From Macrostomum hystrix (Eukaryota; Animalia; Platyhelminthes), in assembly GCA_950097015.1 (NCBI GenBank), contig CATNEN010000001.1:24862001-24926000 (forward strand): a stretch of 64,000 nucleotides of DNA, read 5' to 3'. This document shows, piece after piece, positions 10,966-21,402 of this stretch. The notes under the pieces were generated by a model. It saw nothing but the letters and a program-made list of their open reading frames with translations, did no database searches and was not told the DNA's origin. The position numbers were made by a program, and so were the translations under genes. How positions within the stretch are numbered: position 1 is the stretch's first letter; every line of letters begins with the position of its first letter.

Positions 10966-13260
10966 ATAGCCACACGCCGTCCTCTACCACCACTCTTACT
11001 CGTAGTGTGCACAGAAGTCTCTTTTAATCTTGCCATTTTTATGGCGATGTTTTTTGTGTTATGTGAGAGTTTTGCAGCCAAGTCTTTGCTTTTCTACTGT
11101 TGTCAGTAGTCTGAATTGTATCTCTCACAAATAGCGCAGCAGCGGCAACTATGCCAGCAAGCTCCATATGGTCCATGGACTACGAGGACTTCATTAAGCC
11201 CAAAAAGACGCGAAATACATTTTAAACTATTTGGGAATCATGAGGATAAATAAATATATAAAATTAACTTTTTATGCGATAAGCTTACTATTGCTAAACT
11301 AAATACTCGTAAATAGCATCAATTCAATTGAATATATGTCGCATTGTTTTGAGTGAAATCGCTTAAGTATTTAATGACAAAACACGTAAATCAAATTAGA
11401 TTTTTATGACAAATTGATTAACGAAGTGGCTGATATCGTTTCATATATGGACTACTGCTATAATATTGCTCTGTTATAGAATTAGAATACTGCTCTGATA
11501 TAGAATTATAGCATTTTTGCTATGAAGAGAAATTTTTGGCATGGCTGCATTGCATAGACAACGAGCAAAGACAATGATTAAAAGATTAAAAGATGTCACC
11601 TAAACTAAAAACCTTGATAAAAAGAAGCGTAACGTTAAAAAATGATCGAGTCAAGCAAATTTAATACTTTACTGCTTGAAAATACACGCACCGTACTTAA
11701 ACAGGCTGTGACGTTGTCGCTTTGCGTAAAGCCACTTTGTCTCCGTCTGTATACATATATTGCTGATTTCACGCCCTTAGGTTTTTAGCAGTTCAAATTC
11801 CATATTGTTACTGTCAGTAGACGTCAACGTACATCGTGCTGCCCCAGATAATATGCGCGATCTTATCAATGTTATTTTCTCTCAGCCAATGAGCGTGCGA
11901 GCTCTCTGTTTGTTCAATTGTCTCGTTTTTTCGCTTGTCTGGCTTACTCAACAAGGGCACCTGTGCCCGCCCGCGCTCACCTTCGCTTTACCTTCTTCTC
12001 TCGCCCACCTGGTTCGCTGTCTTGTCCCTGCCGGTTGCCCTGCCTTGCTTACTCCTTCTCTGCCAGCCTTAGCTGTGTGTTTTCACCTTGTGTTATTCGC
12101 CACCAAAAGCTCCTGCACCTGCCTTAACCATTCTTACCTTTGTTGTGCGTCCCAGTGGTTAAATAAATCAGTAAGAAGTGCTACCGCTACACTATTCTTA
12201 CCAAGCCTGCCACCTGAAGATTGAGGATTCTAAACTGCCAAATTGTGTCCGTCGAGTTGTTCATTTCCGCCTTATCATCGTCACAAGGCTATAGTGTGCA
12301 TGTATATTTGTGTATATGTTTCAACATCTAAGCGTTCAACTCATTCCATGAAAGCTAGTCTCGGGATGCTGAAGCCAGCTCGATTCTTCATCACAAAAGC
12401 TTCTTCAAATACTTTTTGTCGCTCGCGCTTGTACAAAATCTAATTTAATTGGGATTTAAGGCGGAATGCCTTTTGTTTACGAAGTTGCAGTGGCAGCTAA
12501 GTTAGTGTGCTGCATGGCACGTATATTTATATTTACAGCAAACGCGAGAGCGAGATAGAGGGGCCTAGGGAGGTGCGAAATGGTGGCGTGACTTCTCACA
12601 CCTGGCTTAGCGAGCCGGCTGGCTGGGTGCACCAACCCCCACCTCAACTAGACTGAGGTTGAGGGGTTTGGGTGCCGCTGCACTGTTGCTGGCCGGTCGC
12701 GTGTTGACTGTCCGCCACAGATTCTTAATTACTAAAATTACTAAAATTACTTAATTACTAAAACCATTTTCTTTTGTTTGTTGTAATTTCCGACAATAAA
12801 ATTGCAATTGTGATATATTTCTTGCAATTCGGGTGTCAGGTGCAGTAGCATGCATATTATAATTTTTAAGGTAAAGAAAATAAATAAAACTTGGTTTTTC
12901 TTTGGCTCTTTCACTGAGAGTCGCTTCTTGCTCGAGTTGTAGCAAAATTGACTCCTGAAATTTAAGAGCTAAAAAGAAAGCAAGCTACGTTACTTCTCTA
13001 GTGATTATTATTCGATATTTTAGCTCGTATATATCTTTTATAAAGCAAGCGACACAAAAATGTTTTTAGTGAGCTTTTCTGTTGAGTCAGAGAAACGCAA
13101 AATTTGAATAGTGGTGTGAATTTTAGTTTGAAAAAGTTTCCTGCGAAAGAATTTTATTTTCTACGAGTCGCATTCAATTCAATTTGTATTTAAGGAAGCG
13201 AAAAACGTAGGAGCTCAGAATGAAAATAGAAAGAGAACACTACAGAATTGTGTTAGGAGA

Positions 13261-15006
13261 ATGAATTTCCTGCAGCTTGTTATTCGGTTGCTTCTTTTGC
13301 TTCCGTTGTTACTCGACGATGTGGCTTCTGGCACCCGGATCTGCAAATCCTTATATATATCCAGCAGCGATTATGATATCCAGAGAAACGTTAGTCGCTT
13401 GCACGCGTACTTAACGGCTTTAGTAGCTGGCTGCCAGTATGTATTCGGCGACGTGACATTGGACAGGATAGGACAAGGAATTGACCCATCAACATTGAAG
13501 TACAAACCGCTCGAGGATGCCATTCAAGGCATGCAAACTGACTTTCTTGACTCCATTGTGGAGATCAGAGGAAAACTAGTGATCAAGTCCGTCAACCTTG
13601 AGCGCGTCACCTTTCGCAACTTGCGCACCATCCGAGGTTACGCTTTTGACAAGTCTACTAATTACTCATTTGAAATATTAATGTCGCCGAACATGAGCAA
13701 GCTGGAAATGCCCAAGTTGACTGCTATCACAAAAAGAGATGTTCATACTAGTGGGCCGATGAAGTCTAGCTTGTACTGCTACCTGTCCTACAGCATCAAC
13801 TGGACAAGCCTGTTTGAAGGACCAGACCAGAGCTATTTGGATGATGTGCCTTCTATTATTACTGAAGAAGGCAGACAACTTATTATAAACAATTCGAACT
13901 CGGATGTGATTAGTGATACCTGCAATCGTCTGCTTTCGTGTCACTCTAATTGTACTCCAATTTATGACCAAACTTGCTGGTCCGACGGTGTTGATGGCTG
14001 TCAAAGTAATCATCTGTGTCGTAAACCCAAGTGTCACTTTACGGACCAATGCTTCCATAACCTGAGCGCTGGCCGAGAAGACTGCTGCTACAACGACTGC
14101 CTTGGCGGTTGCTCAAACCGGCCCAACGAGTGCTTCGCCTGTCGGAGTGGAGTATTGTTCAATGGTGTCTGTAGAGAATCCTGTCCGTCGAATACTAGTA
14201 CCGCTAGTGGTAATGGTACTGGCGTGACTGTTTGGCGACAGATCGGTAACATTTGCGTAGAGAAGTGCTCACTGCCATTTCTTGTTAGCTCTGACGGCAG
14301 GCGCTGTTTAATCGAGTGTCCGTCAGAAGAAGCCCCTATCAAAGGAGTTTGCACAAAGTGTATTGACAAACTTGGCTCTAAGCCCTGCAAATCGTGCGAT
14401 GTATTCGCTTTGATATCAGACAATTTAGCAAACTCATTGAGGACTGAGCAGTGTTCGATTTGGAAGGCCGATCCTTCTGTATTCGTGGCTGCTGATTTGT
14501 TAATTAGCTTAGATAGTCTTACAGCATTGGAGAATTTAGAGTACTTTTACGGCAATTTAATTATTGACGGATCTAAAGACTTAACAGACTATTTCCGATT
14601 TTTACGTAATATCAAACTCGTCACTAATATCTTTACTATTTCATTTCTCAAGACGAGATTCCTCGGACTAGCTAGCTTGGAATATACTGCTGAGCTTCTG
14701 CTTATGGTTATTGGTGATCTTTGCAGAGCCTGGTATCCAAGCAATCGAATCCGAGAAATCCAGGAAGTCACTAAAGAATTTAAAATTACAATTTTAAACC
14801 TGAGCTTTGATGACAGCAGCGAGATTTGCCGGAACGCTACCTGCGATGCTCAGTGCCAGGGCGAATGCTGGGGACCCGGCCCAGACATGTGCGTGGCGTG
14901 TCGGAACTTCAAAGTGAACGGCCGCTGCTATGCCACCTGTGCAGAGTCGGGCAGGATTGAAGTAAATGGGAGTTGTGAACTTCCTGCCCCACAGCTAATC
15001 GGCTAA
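13261..15006 (+). CDS. Secreted EGFR-ectodomain-like protein (receptor L domain, furin-like Cys-rich, L domain, partial furin repeat), 581 aa, single exon
   Basis: Hydrophobic signal peptide; GCQYVFGD, FLDSIVEIRG, FRNLRTIRG, LCY...INW, CCYNDCLGGC, LENLEYFYGNL, LGLASLE and CDAQCQGECWGPGPDMCVAC motifs; no TM or kinase; AATAAA at 15110. Confidence 0.88.
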   Translation: MNFLQLVIRLLLLLPLLLDDVASGTRICKSLYISSSDYDIQRNVSRLHAYLTALVAGCQYVFGDVTLDRIGQGIDPSTLKYKPLEDAIQGMQTDFLDSIVEIRGKLVIKSVNLERVTFRNLRTIRGYAFDKSTNYSFEILMSPNMSKLEMPKLTAITKRDVHTSGPMKSSLYCYLSYSINWTSLFEGPDQSYLDDVPSIITEEGRQLIINNSNSDVISDTCNRLLSCHSNCTPIYDQTCWSDGVDGCQSNHLCRKPKCHFTDQCFHNLSAGREDCCYNDCLGGCSNRPNECFACRSGVLFNGVCRESCPSNTSTASGNGTGVTVWRQIGNICVEKCSLPFLVSSDGRRCLIECPSEEAPIKGVCTKCIDKLGSKPCKSCDVFALISDNLANSLRTEQCSIWKADPSVFVAADLLISLDSLTALENLEYFYGNLIIDGSKDLTDYFRFLRNIKLVTNIFTISFLKTRFLGLASLEYTAELLLMVIGDLCRAWYPSNRIREIQEVTKEFKITILNLSFDDSSEICRNATCDAQCQGECWGPGPDMCVACRNFKVNGRCYATCAESGRIEVNGSCELPAPQLIG

Positions 15007-15268
15007 TGCGATGAAGGCTGCAACGGTCCAGGGCGTGATCAGTGTGTGAACTGAGAAGTTTCATAAAGAACAAATCAGTGCTTCATTGTAATGAGACTAA
15101 ATTTGAGTTAATAAAAGTGTACCAAGATCTATATGATAATTATAAGATGAAATTTTAGAACAAGTTTTAGACATCATGTGGTGCCGTGAATTGCCTTTAT
15201 TTACAGAAATGATACACGCACAAATGATTAAATTATTGAATACCATGCAAATGTAGTGGCTCCAATTT

Positions 15269-18071
15269 TTAGTTTCTTCCGAATCTAAGAGCGTGTCGCC
15301 GGGTTGTCTCGCCGGTCAGGAACGCATGCTCCATCAGTTCCATCGCTGAGCTTCTCTTCTTGGGTGTCCGTCTTGTGCAGCATTTGTAAAAGTGCTTCAG
15401 CTCAGCTGAGCAGTCTTTGGGAACTGCGGGCGCCCCCTTCTTTTGTACCACTATCGCCAAACGTAGAAAATCGTTAAAACTTGCGTGAGGCAGGGCACCT
15501 GCGGCCATCTGGTAGACTGAGCAGCCGAACGCCCAGATGTCCGACCGTCTGCTGTACCGCGCGTTGCCTTTATCGTCTGGTACCAGCAGCTCTGGTGCCA
15601 ATATGTGCAAGGTGCCCTTAGGTAACTCTGTGGAGGCCGTGAGGTGGCTGACTGACTGTTTCAGCTTGATTGAAAGGCCAAAGTCAATCAGTTTGACTCG
15701 CTTGTTGTCACTTAGCACAATGATGTTGCTGCATTTGACGTCTCTGTGGATCACGGGCGGCTGTCGGCTGTGCAGGTAGCGCAGTGCGCTGCAGATCTAG
15801 AAGCGTTTCGAAAATATTCTACGAGGTTGTTGCTCGCTGGAAGAAACCTGCAAGGAAATAGTTTACAAGAGGCTATACTTACCTGTACACAGAACAAACG
15901 AATTGTCTCTTCTTCCATTCGTTGCGCATTGATTACATTCTCAAGGCTACGACCGTCCAGGAGCTCCATGAAGACGGACACAGTCAACGGTTCCCATTGT
16001 ACGTGGAAGTAAAAGAATCTGACGATGTTATCGTGCTGAAGTCGGCAAAGATTCCACTCGCCAGCGATCGCCCTATCAATGTTATCTGTCACGGATCTCT
16101 GCTGATCGGTACCATGCTGTTGAACGGGTAGTCTAAGGGTCTTCACGGCGCACCTAATTTCCCTGTCCGTATTAGCTTCGTGAACTTCACCGTATCCACC
16201 TCTGCCAATCAGGCGGCTTTGTGTCCAGCGGCTTACGAACGGAAAACTAAAAGTGTTTATCAACTGCAGGCTGGTAAAGTGATTGTAAGTGATTGGTAAT
16301 ATCAATAATTTTCATAAAAATGTGTAGCGTTCGAAGTGGCTCGCCGAAAGCAGGGATTGGGTGTAAAAATACATAGAACTACGCATTTACGCCTGTAAAC
16401 TTACATAAGTTCTGGAGAGTCGAAGTAACTGCAATCTTCCAGTCTAAAAGCAAGAACAAGTAAAATTTCGCTGATACTCAAATTTCGCCCCGAAATTAAG
16501 TCACTAACTGTACATTGATCTCGTATCTAACTCGATCTTAACTAGCTCGTATCTTGGTACGCGTAGTTATAACATCTGCGATCTACCTGCAGACTTACCT
16601 GCGCAGTAGCTCAACGAGTTCGGGCAGCTCTTTTTTCCTTGCATGGTCCAGAGCAGTTCTCTCTTTCCTGTCCCTCAGGCTCCAGTCAGATCCTTGTGCC
16701 AGGAGAGCTCGACCAACAGCCGCGGAGGAGGAACTCGCCGCACATCTCGCAGCAGCAATGAGGGGCGTTGATTCAAATTGGTCCCTGGCATTGGCGGAGG
16801 CTCCAGCATCCGCTAAGGTGGTGATCGCGACTAAATTGCTACTTACAGCTGCGTAATGCATACAACTGAAAGAGTCCTTATCAGCGCAGGTAGGGTCAGC
16901 GAAACGCGACAATTCTCGCCACAGGACCTCGTCACCAAAGTGTCCGCATTTTGACAAGGCCCTCATAACCGGAGTGACGCCTCGTTGGTCAGGCAGGTCA
17001 CAGCTCACGCGGGTCGCCGCTTGCCGCAGCCCCGCCGAGTCCCCCGCCTCAATGAGCCGCTCCAGTCTCCCTCGCTCTGTCTCCTCCTGTATTAGAAGTA
17101 AAACAAGCCGTTTTTAATTCCCTATTGAATCTCTTTAACTAGCTGAGATACATAGTCGTACTCACCAAATCTGTCAAACCAGTTATCTGACCATGTCTGT
17201 TCACAACTAGCCGCATCTCCCTGTGGATGGGCAATACAAAAACGATATACTTTTTGTGGACATTTCGAATTACCGACACCTTCATTCGCATGTGAAGTAC
17301 AAGCACCAAACAGTTACAAATACATACTGCATTAACAGTTGAAGCAGTTCGCCTGGCTCAAAAGGAACTTCAAGAACTTAAACAGTCGATTTGATCACTC
17401 ACCGCTCGATATAGCTGGCCAGCTCAGAGTGACCAGACTGTCTAGCCAGGTCCGATGCTACCCGACCTTCCACATCCTTTAACTCAAGAAGTTGCAGCCT
17501 TCTATCGTTATTCTTATTGTTGTGTCGTATCTGCCTCAGCAGGTGCAACAGATGCTTGGCACACCGCCAGCTGCCAGCAAGCGCAGCTATCATTAGCGGC
17601 GTTGCGCCCTGCCAATCTAGCAGCCACTTAGCGTTGAACGGCAGCAACATAAGTATCCGCAAGTGATCTCGCCTGGCTGCCACATGTGCTACCGTTTCAT
17701 TCCGTTTGTCTAGCACTATAGAGCTTGCGTCTAGCTTCAGCAAATACAAGATGCACTTTTCAGACTTGCTTGGTGTTTCAAGGGCGTCGGCCACCAACAT
17801 GAGACCACTTCGACCATGTGAGTTAGTGGCTGTCACCATTGGTTGCGTTGCTAGTAGGCATAACTGGTCATAGTCTCCTTGTATTACTAGCTGAGCGAGT
17901 TTGTCAAACTAGCAGTGAATAATTAAATAAAGAATATTATGCTTGTACAAATGCTGATGAAAAAAATTAACGTAAAATTTTAATAAAAAGGCAAGCGAAA
18001 TTATATATGCGTGATTTCCAGTGTTTGCAATTTCTTATAAACAAGCTTACCTCCTCGTCTGCAGCAGCCAT
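15269..18071 (-). CDS. Ankyrin-repeat Ser/Thr kinase (STE11/MEKK-like domain), about 661 aa; exons 18051-18071, 17403-17908, 17166-17220, 16599-17086, 16405-16443, 15883-16231, 15269-15796
   Basis: All GT-AG junctions found with consistent phases. Ankyrin motifs (GRSGLMLVA, ETVAHVAA, GATPLMIAA, GVTPVMRA, STPLIAAA, RTALDHA); kinase motifs GRGGYG, AVK, HRDVKCSN, DFG, APE, SDIWAFG. Confidence 0.85.
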
Positions 18072-18395
18072 TGTAGTCGGAGGTTTTTTGTGATCGATAC
18101 AACAATTTGCCTGTAGCTCCTGTACAAAAGAATCATGCATTAACATCACCAACCCTAACCACCTTTTATGTGTAGCAAAATATAAATAATAATAATTAGA
18201 CTCCGGGAGGTTAGACTTTTCATTTGATACTAAGATTCCATCAATACTACTAACCCCAAGTAATGACTGCAAGACAAATTTTTCGTATATTTACTTGAAT
18301 GCTTACTTTTCTGCTACTATTCGAGTGACCATAAGTTTAAAACCAAATTAAAGCAGGTAGGAAGTAGCATACGCATATTTTAGGTCAGATAAAAC

Positions 18396-18568
18396 AGTTT
18401 GCAAAACAATCATAGAAACAAAGAGCTTTGAATATTTGACGAGTAATCTGGCTCTCTTGGTATTCAGTAGGTGATAATTTGAGTTTGCAAAACAATCATA
18501 GAAACAAAGAGCTTTGAATATTTGACGAGTAATCTGGCTCTCTTGGTATTCAGTAGGTGATAATTTGA
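18396..18568. repeat. Exact 86-bp tandem duplication upstream of the kinase gene
   Basis: AGTTTGCAAAACAATCATAG...GGTGATAATTTG repeated with period 86. Confidence 0.9.
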
Positions 18569-21402
18569 ACATTAGCTTTTCTTAGAAAACAATCGGGTTG
18601 ATGAATAAATGCAATATGCAAGCGCAGCAAGCGCATTCTAGACAAGGACAAGACAAGGACAAAAAGACGGGACAATACGTTTCTTGGAAAATTGATTTAA
18701 GGCAGATTTTCCCGGAAAAATTCACTCGCGAGCTAAGAACATTTCACGTTTTTTTCAAAAAAGAATTGTTAGGCTACAGACTTTTTTGGAAGCAGATCAA
18801 AATCTGTTCTTTTAATATATATTTTTCAAAATTCTGTGGTTCAACGTTACTTCATTTTATTTTTTTTTATTTATCATGTAGCACTGTAGCCATGCAGTCG
18901 ATATCTATCTAGTATCTAACTCAAATTGACAGTCGCCTTACTAATCAATTATGGGTTTATTACGATAATTAGGCCTATGTAGAATTCTTTAAATAGAAAG
19001 TCAGTAGGCCTAGCTATAGTCTAATTTTATGTCTGCTTGGTTGCTAGTGCACTTCATTATGAATAGGCCTAAACGAAAATAAAATAAAGATTGCAATTAT
19101 TCATGAATGAAGCTTTCTAAAATTCGTTTGCAACCAGCATGTTTTGCAAGATACATTAAAACAACAGAATTTTATCTGCGTCCAATAAAAAGTCAGAGGC
19201 TAGGGCCTATTCAACATTTTAATATGAAAAAAATGTGTAAAGTAAAGTTCCATCTCGCGAGTGCATTTTTCGATGAAAATCTGCCTTTACATTGCACATT
19301 GCATATTGTACATTGCAATACAAGTTTAGTAATTCCAAAAAATTCCTTTGTAATGGCGATTGGACAACTGATTTCAGACAATTGCAAATAGGGCCTAAGG
19401 AGAACGTGGTGAGGAGGGAGCTTGCCTCCCTCCCTTGTAGTGTATGCTACAAGCAGGGACCACTAGATGGTGAATTTGGAGTTGAATGAATAAATCATAA
19501 ACATAGGCCCCCTATGCATATCATGCATCGACTTTCCGTACATGTATACACGCATACACATACACAAACACTGCCACAAAGTCAGTGACATGACAAATCC
19601 TTCGAAGCAAATTTTCCTGGGTTTTCGGGAATGCATATGCTCATGTACATTACGTATATGTTACACTATGTACACACATCATGTACATTACATGTACATG
19701 TATAAGTAGTACGTGACTGCGACTCTGATCTCAAAGAACTACATTGTACACTTCACTTTGCATACAATTGTGAATTGAACAAACATATCATTTGAGATAT
19801 GTGCATAGTATGTAAATAGTGCTTCGAATCACATTTATATGCGTGCACTCATTTCAGTGCAAGATAGCCATGCACCACGCAATATCAATCATGCGATTTG
19901 ACAGTACAGTGTATACTCAAGCTAATAAGTAAGTCAAGCATGCAGTGCAGATGGTCACATGTCTGCATGTTGACTGTGCACACAAGTATGGCTTTGAGTG
20001 AACTGCTGCCGTGCACACAAGTATGGCTTTGGGCGAATGGCTGTCGTGCACGCAATATGGAATTTAGGCGAACGGCAGCCGTGCACACAAGCTCTTCATT
20101 AGGCCTAATACATTTTCCAAGACTCAAAGTGTCCCATCCTTTATCTAGTGGTCTTTGATTGCAAACCCACAAAGACAAGATCTGTGTGTATCTAACTAAG
20201 TAATAATAATAAGCTAGTGGCAAGTGGTCTGTTCCTACTTGTTTGATTTTCAAATCATCTTGATTCATCTGCTGCTGAAGCTACAGGCCTAATGTGAATG
20301 AAAAAATGGTGTGGCTAGCAGCTAGGCCTAGCTTTTCTAAGGTTGACTTGTAAAGTCTAGACAATGCTTAGCCACTTAAGCTTATTTAGAAATGTCTAGA
20401 TATGTATAACTATAAGTTAAACCTACTTATTTAATTGGTTAATAAAGTTTTACCCTGTTTGCAGCAATTGTCTCCTAATGATATATTATTATTTCTAGAA
20501 AGTGCTTGAAGTGTTGATTTCAGGGCTCAGAGTTAAGTATTCAGATTAGGTATGTACAACAATGCAATGTCTGACATTGTGTGTAGCCTTAAGAATTTTA
20601 GGCTTTGTGTTAATCTGACCACAATCAATAACTAAAACACTAGCATTTGTTCTCTACAGCAAGCTTTGCACATAATCAAATTATCTTGAGTGGCAGATGA
20701 TTTTAGCCAATGCTCTGTAACTCTGGTGTGTGGGTGACATTTATTTTTTCTATGTAGGAAATTCATGACTCTGATCATCAGAGCAATGAGACTGATAAAG
20801 GACACCATCATTAAGGGAAGATGGCACAGCAAGATTACAGTCTACTCACATAGGCCTAACAAGCAATCTTCTCAGTGTCAAAAAGAATGCACAAATATAA
20901 GTATAAAGGCTCTTATTGAAACTGTGTTCCTATATTTCATTTATATTCATATAAATATATTTTTATAAAGTATTTCAAGAAACAGATCACATTTTTAGCA
21001 AGTCTTAAAATAAAAAAATCACTCTGCTCTAGAGTGGGTGATGAGTCAGTCACACAGCTTTTAAATACATCCCTGAAAATCTAGTATTACAATTTTCTTC
21101 TTCTAAAACCTCTATTTAATTAAAAACCTAAAGTTTGAGCCTGCAGCTGCTTGACTATCGCAACAAGAGTCTTCGACAAGAAGACCCTGTGGTCTTTCCT
21201 AGGGCGAAGAATATGTTGTTAATATATATTCTTATATTTAAAGTTTTAGTTGGCTGTTTTTGACACCATAAAACAGCATTCCAACATTCAAAATGAAACT
21301 GTTGCGCCTTCTTCCAGTTATTGCAGGCCTGTACTCACCTGTACTCACCTGTACTCAGTTGATAGTTAAGCGTCACTCGCGCAATTTCAACATCTATCAA
21401 TC

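Larger units (their letters stand above)
7133..11153 (-). mobile_element. hAT DNA transposon, full length and inactivated
   Basis: 10-bp TIRs CATAGTTGCC (7133) / GGCAACTATG (ends 11153); perfect 8-bp TSD CCAGCAAG at 7125-7132 and 11154-11161; subterminal TAGCGCA motifs; encodes a hAT transposase. Confidence 0.92.

Noticed and set aside
12190-12445. CTGAAGA motif and a weak GIY-YIG-like translation suggesting a Penelope relic
   Set aside because: No GAAA/stem partner and similarity too weak to support by eye.
12627-12677. Imperfect GC-rich hairpin near the edge of the duplicated promoter (possible Helitron end)
   Set aside because: No CTRR terminus at the right spacing and no matching 5' end identified.
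20330-20770. Possible very old transposase Zn-finger relic (HWL...IMCKAC)
   Set aside because: Many stops and only one short motif; needs an HMM search.
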